Shown: positions 11,751 to 21,648, counted from the stretch's first letter. The stretch: DNA of 64,000 bases from an uncultured bacterium (GCA_943788175.1 CALSPG010000005.1:32001-96000); one strand, 5' to 3'. Program-made: numbers and translations. The notes: generated by a model not told the origin, from the sequence alone.

Positions 11751-12779
11751 ATGAAAAAATATATAATTACAAGTATAATAATTATAGCAATTAGCTCCTT
11801 AGGTTTAGGACAGAATTCTAGAATGGGTTCTGCTTCTTCCACGCAGTTACTTGTTGTCCCTAGTGCTAAGCACCTATCTGGTGGTGGCGCTGCTGCAACA
11901 GCTACCGGAATGGACGCTACATTTTGGAACCCTGCAGGGCTTGCCATGAGCGAAAATAGTATTGACGCTATTTTCTCTAATCGTCAGTACTTTGCAGATA
12001 TCGACAACAGCTTTTTTGGCATTGCTACTGATATAGGTGAGTACAAAATGGGTGTAACAGTTAGATCATTCAATATGGGTGATATTAATGAGACAACAGT
12101 CTTCTACCCAGATGGAACTGGACAGGTGTATACACCTAACTTTTCTATTCTTGGCGGAACTATTGCTAAAAAACTTTCAGACAACACTAGTGTTGGAATG
12201 AATGTCAATTACATTAGAGAGGGTTTTGGTCGAGTTAATGCTTCTGGTACAGCCTTTGACTTAGGAGTTCAATATAAGGGACTTCTCGGCAGAGAAAACT
12301 TAGATGTTGGTTTTACTCTAAAAAACTTTGGAAGTCCTGTTAAGTATGATGGCCCTGGACTAGGTGTTTTTGCAGAGCCTTCAGATGCAGATCGTCCAAG
12401 TGAATACTATAAACTTGACGCGGCGGCTTTTGATTTGCCTTTCACTTTTGATATGGCAGTTTCATACAAAGTTGCAGGTGCTGATGTAGGAGCTACTTAC
12501 ACTAGTAACTACTACTCAACTGATGAGTTAAAACTTTCTGTTGGGTATCAGATTGAAGGCCTCGGTTCTGTAGGAGTTGGTTTACAATCATCTGGTGCTG
12601 CTCAGGAAATAGATGATGCAGATGGTGATTGGTATACAAACCCATCTGATGGCGTTTCATTCGGTGCTTCAGTAGATATGTCTAGATTTGTTGGAATGAA
12701 TATGAGTGTAGATTACTCAATGCTTCCAATGGGTGATTTTGGTACTAATTCTGTATTAGCACTTAGAGTCGCTTTCTAG
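11751..12779 (+). CDS. PorV/PorQ-family outer-membrane beta-barrel protein
   Basis: Signal peptide, L.V.PSAK...GG, ATFWNPAGLA, AFDLGVQY, LKNFG motifs and C-terminal Phe, as in PorV-like FadL-fold proteins. Confidence 0.82.
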   Translation: MKKYIITSIIIIAISSLGLGQNSRMGSASSTQLLVVPSAKHLSGGGAAATATGMDATFWNPAGLAMSENSIDAIFSNRQYFADIDNSFFGIATDIGEYKMGVTVRSFNMGDINETTVFYPDGTGQVYTPNFSILGGTIAKKLSDNTSVGMNVNYIREGFGRVNASGTAFDLGVQYKGLLGRENLDVGFTLKNFGSPVKYDGPGLGVFAEPSDADRPSEYYKLDAAAFDLPFTFDMAVSYKVAGADVGATYTSNYYSTDELKLSVGYQIEGLGSVGVGLQSSGAAQEIDDADGDWYTNPSDGVSFGASVDMSRFVGMNMSVDYSMLPMGDFGTNSVLALRVAF

Positions 12780-12805
12780 TAAATCTAAACTATATTTAGT
12801 TTTTT

Positions 12806-12834
12806 AAAAGGGCAGATTTTTCTGCCCTTTTTTT
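12806..12834 (+). terminator. Rho-independent terminator of the TBDR-CTD-PorV operon
   Basis: AAAAGGGCAGA-TTTT-TCTGCCCTTTT followed by more Ts. Confidence 0.88.
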
Positions 12835-14301
12835 ATGCAAAAATTTATAGTCCATATCTTATTCATTTTTCTTTTGCCATCAGCTTTATTTGGTGAGGGG
12901 TTTCCTGGTTTAGTTCTCTTTTCACAAAGCCAAGGACAAGGACCTTCAAAGACTATTTTGTTAAATAACTTAGAACAAAAAGTTAAAATATGGAACCACG
13001 CTGAAAGTGCAATTGGGGTTCCGCATCTAAATACTGATGGGTCAATTATTTTACAATTAAAATCATCTGATCACTATTTCGGAAATACACGTGGACCGAT
13101 TGGAGGGGTATTTAAAAAATTAGATTATAGTGGCGATATTAAATGGAGTTTTGATTTTTATAATGAAAATTACCACCCTCATCATGATTTTGAAATATTA
13201 CCAAATGGTAATATTTTAACCATTGGTTGGGAAAAAAAATCTTTTTCTGAAGGAATAAATGCGGGAAGAATAAATATAGAAAATGAAATTTGGCCTTTAG
13301 TCATTCACGAAATTGAACCGTCAATTGAAGGGGATATTGAAATAATATGGAAATGGCATTTATGGGATCATCTTATACAAGATCACGATTCATCTTTAAA
13401 TAATTATGGTATTATCAAAAATCATCCAGAGTTAATAAATATAAATATCGGAGAGTTTACTAATTTAAGTGATGGTGATTGGCTTCATACAAATGCAATC
13501 GCATATAATGAACAACTTGATCAAATTATCATTTCGTCTAGACACTTAAGTGAAATATTTATTATTGATCATAGTACGACAATAGAACAGGCTAGTGAGC
13601 ATACTGGAGGCAATAGTAATAAAGGCGGCGATATATTATATAGATGGGGTAATCCAATTAATTATGGTAGAGGAACTATTGATGATCAAAAATTAAATGC
13701 ACAGCACGGTGCACATTGGATACCTCAATATTTCCCTGGAAGTGGAAATATAATTATATTCAATAATAACCCCTCTGATGCAACCGGTACAAACAATCAG
13801 TTTGGAAACTCTAGCGTAGTTGAATTAGTACCACCCATTGATGTTGGAGGTAATTATATTATTAGTGATAGTTTAGCATTTGGCCCTATTGACTATGAAT
13901 GGGAATACGGCGGTGATAATACTTTTTTTTCACATTTTCAATCTGGGGCATACAGACTATTGAATGGTAATACAATAGTAACATCTACACAGGAAAAGAA
14001 TATTTTTGAAATTGATAGTTTAGGAAATAAAGTATGGGAATACGATTTAGAGTTAAGTGATACTCATCCTGGATATACAGCAAGAGCAAAAAAATATGGC
14101 ATTGATTATTTAAATAATATAATGGGCGATATCTATATTGATAATCAAATAAATATCTATGATTTATTAATGATGCTAGAAATATTTATCTTGGATGAGT
14201 ATTTACAAAAAATAGATTTTAATAATGACAGTCAAATCGATCAGACTGATATTGACTATATGATAGGTAGAATGCTGAATCCTTTAATGGAGCTTAATTA
14301 G
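12835..14301 (+). CDS. Arylsulfotransferase (ASST)-family beta-propeller protein with C-terminal dockerin-like domain
   Basis: HHDFEILPNGN, W.W...DH, DWLHTNAI, ILYRWGNP and QH motifs; tail GDIYIDNQINIYD...DFNNDSQIDQTDI. Confidence 0.8.
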   Translation: MQKFIVHILFIFLLPSALFGEGFPGLVLFSQSQGQGPSKTILLNNLEQKVKIWNHAESAIGVPHLNTDGSIILQLKSSDHYFGNTRGPIGGVFKKLDYSGDIKWSFDFYNENYHPHHDFEILPNGNILTIGWEKKSFSEGINAGRINIENEIWPLVIHEIEPSIEGDIEIIWKWHLWDHLIQDHDSSLNNYGIIKNHPELININIGEFTNLSDGDWLHTNAIAYNEQLDQIIISSRHLSEIFIIDHSTTIEQASEHTGGNSNKGGDILYRWGNPINYGRGTIDDQKLNAQHGAHWIPQYFPGSGNIIIFNNNPSDATGTNNQFGNSSVVELVPPIDVGGNYIISDSLAFGPIDYEWEYGGDNTFFSHFQSGAYRLLNGNTIVTSTQEKNIFEIDSLGNKVWEYDLELSDTHPGYTARAKKYGIDYLNNIMGDIYIDNQINIYDLLMMLEIFILDEYLQKIDFNNDSQIDQTDIDYMIGRMLNPLMELN

Positions 14302-15025
14302 CACTAAAGATGCCTTTGAGCATACTATATAACTCTTCATACGGTAAATCTTTCCCAAGATATATTTCTTCAGAGTCTTTTTGCAGAATCATTTCCCAAT
14401 GCAAATGAGCATCCCGTCTAGTTCCGAGTGTAGATGGTTTCGTACCGGAATTACCAGTTTTACCAATAAACTGTCCAGCTTCAACTTTTGCTCCACCTAT
14501 TATATTTTTATCAATATTTGACATATGTGCATAAATTGAAATTGTTCTAAATCCAGGAATAAGATCAAAACCGTGGTCTAAAAACACTGCTCTCCCCAAG
14601 AGTACGCTATTGAAAATATCTGATGGCGTATGGCCGACTGTCCCAGATGAGCGTAGCATTTTAACTCTGAAATCTGCAGGGTATTCTTTATAATTATGGT
14701 CTGCTCTAACCACCAAACCTGGTGCAACTGCTCTTATATCTGTGCCCCAATTTGCAAAAAAATCAATCCCTCTATGAGTTCCGTTTCTGTAGCTGCGAGG
14801 AGCATTGGGTAGCCTACTAGATTTTTTTGGAAGGTTAACATTTTTGCACGGGAGTAATAATTTCAAATCTTTTACCCATTCTTGGTTGAATGAATTTGAA
14901 GGAGCAATAACTTCATCTTTTTTTGTTATTTTACTCAGGATATGAATTGGGGATGAATTCGGATTTTCAAAGTTTTGACCAAATAATATATGAATACAAA
15001 GTAAAAAGATTAAACGCATAATCAT
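14294..15025 (-). CDS. M23-family metallopeptidase
   Basis: HRGIDF, YAHM, GKTGNSG and AHLHWE zinc motifs; signal peptide. Confidence 0.88.
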   Translation of the reverse strand: MIMRLIFLLCIHILFGQNFENPNSSPIHILSKITKKDEVIAPSNSFNQEWVKDLKLLLPCKNVNLPKKSSRLPNAPRSYRNGTHRGIDFFANWGTDIRAVAPGLVVRADHNYKEYPADFRVKMLRSSGTVGHTPSDIFNSVLLGRAVFLDHGFDLIPGFRTISIYAHMSNIDKNIIGGAKVEAGQFIGKTGNSGTKPSTLGTRRDAHLHWEMILQKDSEEIYLGKDLPYEELYSMLKGIFSAN

Positions 15026-15450
15026 TTTTTATTAGCTAAATGATCTATCGCTGATACTATTGCTTTTAAAGGTTCACCTGAAAAAGGTTTAATTTTATTC
15101 GAAACGAGAATTGAATCTTCTTGATTAGTGCCAAGGCTGTATGATTCATCAAAATAAACAGCAGCTGTTTCTAGCTCTGTTATATTAATTGTTTCGAAGA
15201 TTGTTTGATTATATTTAGCCCAAGAAGTGGGTATTATGACTAAGCCATCTGCTGAGTTTTTATTCCGTTGTATAAAATTAATTGCTAAGTATTCTTTATG
15301 TGTTTGTATGATTTTTAGTGTAATGCCTTTATCTCTAACGTGTTTACGTATTGCACGATTAACTTTATCTAAAGTCAGTCTTTTTTTGAGCTTAGAGGCC
15401 TTCAACCCGAGTAAGTTTAGGTTAGGTCCATGTAAAATTAAAATTGTCAT
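15022..15450 (-). CDS. Type II 3-dehydroquinase (AroQ)-like protein, catalytic residues apparently missing
   Basis: N-terminal ILILHGPNLNLLG signature and typical length, but no REP..YG, NP..H or EVH.SN motif. Confidence 0.7.
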   Translation of the reverse strand: MTILILHGPNLNLLGLKASKLKKRLTLDKVNRAIRKHVRDKGITLKIIQTHKEYLAINFIQRNKNSADGLVIIPTSWAKYNQTIFETINITELETAAVYFDESYSLGTNQEDSILVSNKIKPFSGEPLKAIVSAIDHLANKK

Positions 15451-15845
15451 TTATCTAGTGGGATTATGTTACCTAATATATATCCAATGATAATACCAAC
15501 CAATAGAGCTAATGTCACAGTTCTACTTTTTGATAGTTCATCCACATAACCTTTTTTAATTGCTACCGCAGAGACTAGCCAACCCATTGCATTTAAAAAG
15601 TAAAAAATAGGAATAGATATAACTTTTAATATGAATGGGCCAACAAATGGAATGATTGCAATTAATGATGTTATGCCCGAAAATATTTGGGTAAAAGTTC
15701 CTAATACTAATGTAAAAAGAATAATTATTCTTTGGTTGATACCAAATTGATTCCCATAAAAAAGGGCAAGGTATAAGCATATAAAAAGAATGGACCATAA
15801 AAAGATTTTCCATTTTAATTTAGATATGATTTTTAAAGTACTCAT
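15447..15845 (-). CDS. Hypothetical membrane protein
   Basis: 132 aa with several hydrophobic helices; overlaps the next gene by 4 nt. Confidence 0.7.
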   Translation of the reverse strand: MSTLKIISKLKWKIFLWSILFICLYLALFYGNQFGINQRIIILFTLVLGTFTQIFSGITSLIAIIPFVGPFILKVISIPIFYFLNAMGWLVSAVAIKKGYVDELSKSRTVTLALLVGIIIGYILGNIIPLDK

Positions 15846-15853
15846 TACCTAAG

Positions 15854-16969
15854 CTACTGTTTCCATTTAAACTTTCCAATTAATCCTCCAAGAGCAACGA
15901 TGGGAATGTAAAAAGGTTGTGTTAGGTTCCAGATAAAATAAGACTTTGCTGATATCCTTGTTAGAAAAGTTTTTCCTCCGATATAAAGAACAAGTGCTTC
16001 AAGGAAAAACTTTATAAGGAACAATATTATTGAAATATCTAAAAAAAGTATCATAGCTATTAAGATATTTAAGTTTGCTAAAAAAGCTGAAGCTAAGAAG
16101 CAGAAAAATAATGGACTCGTAAATATTGTAAACCTTGAATTCGATGACCAGCGTATTCTCTGATTAATATAGCCCGATAGTGTTTGTTTTGGCAAAGTTG
16201 ATACAAAGCTGTTCTTATCGTAGTTAAACGCAGCGCCTTTTATTTTAGAAATAGACTGCACAATGTACATATCATCACCTGATTCTTTATTTTTGACTGG
16301 CTTAAACCCTCCTATTTTATAAAAATCTTCTTTTTTATATCCAAGGTTTTGCCCAGAACCAGAACAGACGATACCATTTGTTAATAAGCCACCGTTCGCA
16401 GCCATTATACCTAAGAAGTCTATTTTTTGTATTTCATTAATCAGGTTGTTTTCACTTTTTATTTTTGAATATCCAATAATTACTTTGTCTTCTTTAATTA
16501 CAAGTTTTGCCATTGAAGCAACCCAAGTTTTAGGTACTCTACAGTCCGCGTCTGTAGCTAAAATAATTTCTCCACTCGATTCATCTATTGCTTTTTCTAA
16601 AGCATATTTTTTTGTGGCCATATCATATTTTTTACTAATGTGAATTGCTTTTATAAAAGAGTTTTTCTTAGCATAGCTATCAATTATATTTTTTGTATCG
16701 TCTTCAGACCTATCATTTGAAACTATTACTTCAAAATTGTTTTTATTTATATTTTGCTTTAATAGGTCCTCTAATAAATTTGAAATGTTTGCTTCTTCAT
16801 TCCGTGCTGCAATTACTACTGAAACAAATGGCAAATTTGAACTGATATCAGTCGGTTGTTTTATTCTAAAAAGTAATCCGGAAATAATGATGACAATAAA
16901 ACAAAAATATGGGCTAGACCCAACTAATAGAAATAAATCCATACTATATTGATAGAAAAAATCCTGCAA
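15854..16969 (-). CDS. Glycosyltransferase family 2 (membrane-bound)
   Basis: VSVVIAARNEE, TDADC, SGDD and QRIRW motifs; C-terminal TM helices. Confidence 0.9.
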   Translation of the reverse strand: MQDFFYQYSMDLFLLVGSSPYFCFIVIIISGLLFRIKQPTDISSNLPFVSVVIAARNEEANISNLLEDLLKQNINKNNFEVIVSNDRSEDDTKNIIDSYAKKNSFIKAIHISKKYDMATKKYALEKAIDESSGEIILATDADCRVPKTWVASMAKLVIKEDKVIIGYSKIKSENNLINEIQKIDFLGIMAANGGLLTNGIVCSGSGQNLGYKKEDFYKIGGFKPVKNKESGDDMYIVQSISKIKGAAFNYDKNSFVSTLPKQTLSGYINQRIRWSSNSRFTIFTSPLFFCFLASAFLANLNILIAMILFLDISIILFLIKFFLEALVLYIGGKTFLTRISAKSYFIWNLTQPFYIPIVALGGLIGKFKWKQ

Positions 16970-18314
16970 TCATAAAATAGAAAAGAACACCTAAGATATC
17001 TATACTAGTTGTAACAAAAGGCCCTGTAGCGACAGCAGGGTCTATATCAAGTTTTCTTAGTATTAATGGAATTACAGTGCCGACTGTTGCAGCTACAATC
17101 ATCGACACACATATGCTCAGTCCTACTACATACCCAAGGTTGTCAGGTGCTCCAGGAAATGTATACCTTGCAAAAACTCCAAGTAATACGCCGTAAAGTA
17201 TTCCAAGCATAACACCGACTTGAACTTCTTTTAAAATCAACTTTATTTCTCCACCTTCATTAACTCTACCAGTAGCCATTCCTCTCACTATGATGGTAGA
17301 AGATTGTGTGGCTATATTTCCACCCATACCTAAAATAACAGGAATAAACGCAGCAAGGGCTATAATGTTTTCTAACATGTTTTCAAAAATCCCAATTAGT
17401 GAAGCGGCGATTACCCCACCAACCCAACTAGCGAATAACCAAGGGAGTCTTGCTTTTGCATTCTCCCAGCTTGATTTAAGAAGGATTTCTCTATCTTTAC
17501 CTGCACCAGCCATTTGTAAAAAATCCTCTGTTGCCTCTTCTCTAATTACGTCTACCACATCATCAACTGTAACAATGCCTAGTAATTTTGAATCAGAGTC
17601 TAATACTGGAACTGCCAAAAAATTATATTGTGCTACAATTCTAGCTACATCCTCCTGATCAGTTTCAGGTCTTATTGAATGAACATTTTTTATCATTATA
17701 TCTTTTAGATTTGTAGAAGAGGGGGTTGTAGTTAAGGCTCGTAAAGAAATAACCCCAACCAGCCTATCATCATTATCTGTAATGTATAGATAGAATACCA
17801 TTTCTGCATTTTCTTGATCTTGTAAGGTCTTTATAGCGTCACCAGCAGTAATACTTTCATGTAGTGTAAACACCTCAGTATTCATCAATGAGCCAGCACT
17901 GTCATCAGGATAACCCATTATTTCAGCTATGCCTTCTTGCTCTTCCACATTAAGTAACTCTATGACAGATTGGGCTTTATCATCATCTAATACATTTAAT
18001 ATTCCACTTTGATCATTTGTAGGTGCTTTTTCAATGATTGAAGCAATCCGTTCAAAGCTTTCATCTTCTAATAAATCATTCACTAATGCATCGTCTAGCT
18101 CTGTTAAAAACTCTGAAGTGTGTACATTTTCTTTCATTAAAGAAAATATTTCAATTTGTTCCTCCTCTGAAAAGTGTCTAAAGACCACCGCTAGATCTGC
18201 AGGGTGAGTTTTTCCATTTAGTTTTATAAGGTTAGTTTTTGCCTTTCTTCTTAACAATCGTCGATAAGTATCTCTTAGAATATTTATTTCATGGTTAAAC
18301 ATTTCTTTTCTCAT
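16944..18314 (-). CDS. mgtE: Magnesium transporter MgtE
   Basis: HPADLA N-domain, CBS pair, RLPWL, GMGGN and DPAVATGPFVTT..D motifs. Confidence 0.96.
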   Translation of the reverse strand: MRKEMFNHEINILRDTYRRLLRRKAKTNLIKLNGKTHPADLAVVFRHFSEEEQIEIFSLMKENVHTSEFLTELDDALVNDLLEDESFERIASIIEKAPTNDQSGILNVLDDDKAQSVIELLNVEEQEGIAEIMGYPDDSAGSLMNTEVFTLHESITAGDAIKTLQDQENAEMVFYLYITDNDDRLVGVISLRALTTTPSSTNLKDIMIKNVHSIRPETDQEDVARIVAQYNFLAVPVLDSDSKLLGIVTVDDVVDVIREEATEDFLQMAGAGKDREILLKSSWENAKARLPWLFASWVGGVIAASLIGIFENMLENIIALAAFIPVILGMGGNIATQSSTIIVRGMATGRVNEGGEIKLILKEVQVGVMLGILYGVLLGVFARYTFPGAPDNLGYVVGLSICVSMIVAATVGTVIPLILRKLDIDPAVATGPFVTTSIDILGVLFYFMIAGFFLSI

Positions 18315-18315
18315 A

Positions 18316-19107
18316 CTAAACCTTAATTAAATTAATTTCTTCAAGTCCCTTATAGATAAAATATGCACCCAAACATATAAAAAAAGGTGATACATTTTCA
18401 TTATATAGATATATACCAAGATCAGATTCTTCAAAAATAGTAAGCACAAAAGCGGCTCCATTATTCATACTGTGTAAAATAATGCTGGGTATTATAGATT
18501 GCGTTTTCCAAGATAAGAAACCAAGAATGATGCCTAACATATATATTTGAATAGTCCAAAAAGGGTTAAAGTGAATCATTGCAAATAATAGGCTAGTAAC
18601 CAGCACGGCTCTAGTAATATCCTTCCAATGTTGTTCAAGAAATTTCTGTAAAAACCCACGAAAAACTATTTCTTCTCCTATTGGAGCCATAATTACAACA
18701 GCAAGAAACAAGAAAATATATCCAGCTGTGGAGTCAGGTTGCATAACTTGTCCTAAATCAATTATATAATCTGGAGTTGTTACGAGCCTATGAATAATCC
18801 GATCTAACGTATCAAAAATAATTAAAACACCTAGACTAAAAACTACAGAATATTTTAAGGTATTAATTGATATGCTATTTATCCGGAAGGCATTTAGAAT
18901 AGGTTTTTTCTTTATGTTTAAATAATAAATTGGGGGCAATATTATTATCCCCTGTCCAAAAAAAAATGATATATAAAGATATACTTTATTAACTTGATCG
19001 GGGGAAGACGCAAAAAGCCCCATGATGATTCCACCAACAAAAAATGCTGAAATAACGGATATTATGACAACGCCGACAACGCCGCCAACTCCTACTATAT
19101 TGTTCAT
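18316..19107 (-). CDS. CPBP-family (CAAX/Abi) intramembrane metalloprotease
   Basis: APIGEEIVFRG, FAMIH and HSMNN motifs. Confidence 0.9.
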   Translation of the reverse strand: MNNIVGVGGVVGVVIISVISAFFVGGIIMGLFASSPDQVNKVYLYISFFFGQGIIILPPIYYLNIKKKPILNAFRINSISINTLKYSVVFSLGVLIIFDTLDRIIHRLVTTPDYIIDLGQVMQPDSTAGYIFLFLAVVIMAPIGEEIVFRGFLQKFLEQHWKDITRAVLVTSLLFAMIHFNPFWTIQIYMLGIILGFLSWKTQSIIPSIILHSMNNGAAFVLTIFEESDLGIYLYNENVSPFFICLGAYFIYKGLEEINLIKV

Positions 19108-19273
19108 GATAAATTAGCTCCAGGTAATTGATTTTAACCGAATTTACGTTAATGGGGTTTTATAAAAAAAAGATGAATTTTATTAAAAAAAATAAAATTC
19201 AGGTTGTTTTGTCGACGAGAGTAGGCTATGTTAAATTAGTTATTTAATCATATAAAAATTAACCAGCACTAGT

Positions 19274-19305
19274 AAAGGGGCTTCTTTTATGAATGCCCCT
19301 TTTTT
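19274..19305. terminator. Intrinsic terminator hairpin, possibly bidirectional; U-tract stronger on +
   Basis: AAAGGGGC...GCCCCTTTTTT next to the stop codon of the TrmH-family gene. Confidence 0.75.
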
Positions 19306-20071
19306 ATTTTTTTGATATGTCTTTCATTAATATTGATCCAGCTATTGCAACGTTTAATGATTCTCCGTATCCAACTCTTTTTATTGAAACGATTTTTTTA
19401 AATTTTTCTTTTAATGATTCATTAAACCCTACCGATTCTCCACCAAGGCAAAGTACTATTTTTTTATCATAATCAGATTTTTCAATACAATCTTCACCAT
19501 TTTGATCTGCCCCAAAAAGCTGATAATTATTTTTAATAAAGTCGTCAAAATTTAAATGTTGATGTATTTTTATATAGGCATGAGCTCCCATTGCTGATCT
19601 TACAACTTTTGTATTAAAAGGGTCTACGCACCCTGCTGATAAACCAATATTTTTAATATTGAACCAGGCAGCGGTTCTGAGAATTGTTCCAAGATTCCCA
19701 GGGTCTTTAATTTTATATAAGTAAAGCCACCTATCTGAATTGAAATCTTCTTTAATATTTATATCTATTTTACAGATACCAATTAATCCTGATGGCGTTT
19801 TAGTATCAGATATTGTTTTTAATAATTTGGGTTGAATAACAGTAAGGTCGATCTTTTTTTCATTACAAAGTTTAAGTAAATCTGTGTTCAGGCTAGCCTC
19901 AGAATCAGTAATTATTACTTGTTCTAATAATTCGCTATTTTGTAAATACTCTTTAAGTGCCCTCTTTCCTTCAATTAAAAATAAGTTCTCTTTTAATCTC
20001 CCTTTTTTTGTTTTTAAAGATTGAATTTGTTTTAATCTATTGGCACTGAGCATACATAGAATTTTATTCAA
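19304..20071 (-). CDS. TrmH/SpoU-family RNA methyltransferase
   Basis: DPGNLGTILRTA, VVRSAMGA, LGGE..G and ESLNVAIA motifs. Confidence 0.92.
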   Translation of the reverse strand: MNKILCMLSANRLKQIQSLKTKKGRLKENLFLIEGKRALKEYLQNSELLEQVIITDSEASLNTDLLKLCNEKKIDLTVIQPKLLKTISDTKTPSGLIGICKIDINIKEDFNSDRWLYLYKIKDPGNLGTILRTAAWFNIKNIGLSAGCVDPFNTKVVRSAMGAHAYIKIHQHLNFDDFIKNNYQLFGADQNGEDCIEKSDYDKKIVLCLGGESVGFNESLKEKFKKIVSIKRVGYGESLNVAIAGSILMKDISKK

Positions 20072-20110
20072 GTTACGTTCAAAAGAAAAAGAAAAAATCT
20101 GGCAAAGCTC

Positions 20111-20139
20111 TTGGCCATATCATCATAAGCCGGTAATTT
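20111..20139 (+). promoter_or_regulatory. Putative sigma70 promoter of proS
   Basis: TTGGCC, 17-nt spacer, TAATTT, ending about 30 nt before the ATG. Confidence 0.4.
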
Positions 20140-20169
20140 TGTTTCAATAAATAGAATCACAATAATATA

Positions 20170-21633
20170 ATGAGTAAAAAACTTCCAAATATTGATTCTG
20201 ATATATCTAGTTGGTATACAGAAGTAGTCACAAAAGCTGACCTCGCAGATTATGGTCCAGTAAAAGGTACAATGGTTATTAAGCCATATGGATTTCAATT
20301 ATGGGAGAATGTAAAAGATATTTTTGATGACATGATTAAGAAAACAGGTCATACCAATGCCTACTTTCCACTTTTAATTCCAAAATCATTCCTTGCAAAA
20401 GAAGCCGAACATATTGAAGGGTTTGCTAAAGAGTGTGCAATAGTAACGCATACTAGACTTAAGTCTGAAAAAGGAAAAATAATTGTTGATCCAGATTCTC
20501 GTTTAGAGGAAGAAGTAATTATAAGGCCAACCTCAGAAACAGTTATTTGGTCAATGTATAAAAAATGGATACAATCTTATCGAGATTTACCGATATTAAT
20601 AAACCAGTGGGCCAATGTTGTAAGGTGGGAAATGAGAACCAGGCTCTTTTTAAGGACAACTGAGTTTTTGTGGCAAGAGGGACACACCGCACACCAAACA
20701 AAAGAAGAGGCGCAGAAAGAAACTTTAGATATCTTAGAATTATATAAAAAATTAGCAGAAGAATATTTAGCAATCCCTGTTTTTACTGGTTTAAAAACTG
20801 ATGCTGAAAAATTTGCGGGGGCAGATAAAACTTACTGTATTGAAGCTATGATGCTAGATAAAAGAGCATTGCAAGCAGGTACATCTCATAACCTAGGGCA
20901 AAATTTTGCTAAAGCTTTTGACGTTAAGTTTCAAACAGATAGTAATAGTGAAGAGTTTGTCTGGGCAACTAGTTGGGGTATTAGTACTCGTCTTATAGGG
21001 GGCGTAATTTTAGCTCATGGAGATAAAAATGGTTTAAGAATTCCTCCTAAAATTGCACCAATCCAAACAGTATTGATTCCTATTTTTAGAAGCGAAGATC
21101 AAAAAGATGAGATAAAAACATATATCAACCCAATAGAAGAAGAGTTGAAATCCATAGGGGTCCGATATTTTATTGATTGGAGCGACTCTTCTCCAGGATT
21201 TAAATTTAATGAATGGGAATTAAAAGGAGTCCCGGTTCGAATTGAGATTGGCCCGAGAGATGTTGAGTCAAAAAAATTAGTTATGGCACGTAGAGATAAT
21301 GGAGAAAAATTTTCTATATCTAAAAATGAATTAGGCATAAAAATAAAAACGACTCTGGAAGAAATACAAAACAATTTGTTTAATCAAGCAAAAGAATTCA
21401 GAAATGAAAACACACATGATATCAAAACGTATGATGAATTTAAAAATATAATAAATAACGGTGGATTCGTTAGATGCGGATGGGATGGTGATTCAGAAAC
21501 TGAATTAAAAATTAAAGAAGAAACAAAAGCAACAATCAGGTGTATTCCTTTTAATGAAAATCCTAAGGGGTTAAAATGCGTTTATTCAGGTAAAACAGCA
21601 AAACACGAAGTCATCTATGCTAAGGCCTATTGA
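20170..21633 (+). CDS. proS: Proline--tRNA ligase (archaeal/eukaryotic type)
   Basis: IRPTSET, QWANVVRWE, FLRTTEFLWQEGHT, QAGTSHNLGQNF motifs; C-terminal AKAY. Confidence 0.97.
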   Translation: MSKKLPNIDSDISSWYTEVVTKADLADYGPVKGTMVIKPYGFQLWENVKDIFDDMIKKTGHTNAYFPLLIPKSFLAKEAEHIEGFAKECAIVTHTRLKSEKGKIIVDPDSRLEEEVIIRPTSETVIWSMYKKWIQSYRDLPILINQWANVVRWEMRTRLFLRTTEFLWQEGHTAHQTKEEAQKETLDILELYKKLAEEYLAIPVFTGLKTDAEKFAGADKTYCIEAMMLDKRALQAGTSHNLGQNFAKAFDVKFQTDSNSEEFVWATSWGISTRLIGGVILAHGDKNGLRIPPKIAPIQTVLIPIFRSEDQKDEIKTYINPIEEELKSIGVRYFIDWSDSSPGFKFNEWELKGVPVRIEIGPRDVESKKLVMARRDNGEKFSISKNELGIKIKTTLEEIQNNLFNQAKEFRNENTHDIKTYDEFKNIINNGGFVRCGWDGDSETELKIKEETKATIRCIPFNENPKGLKCVYSGKTAKHEVIYAKAY

Positions 21634-21648
21634 TCCTGTTGGGTCTAA

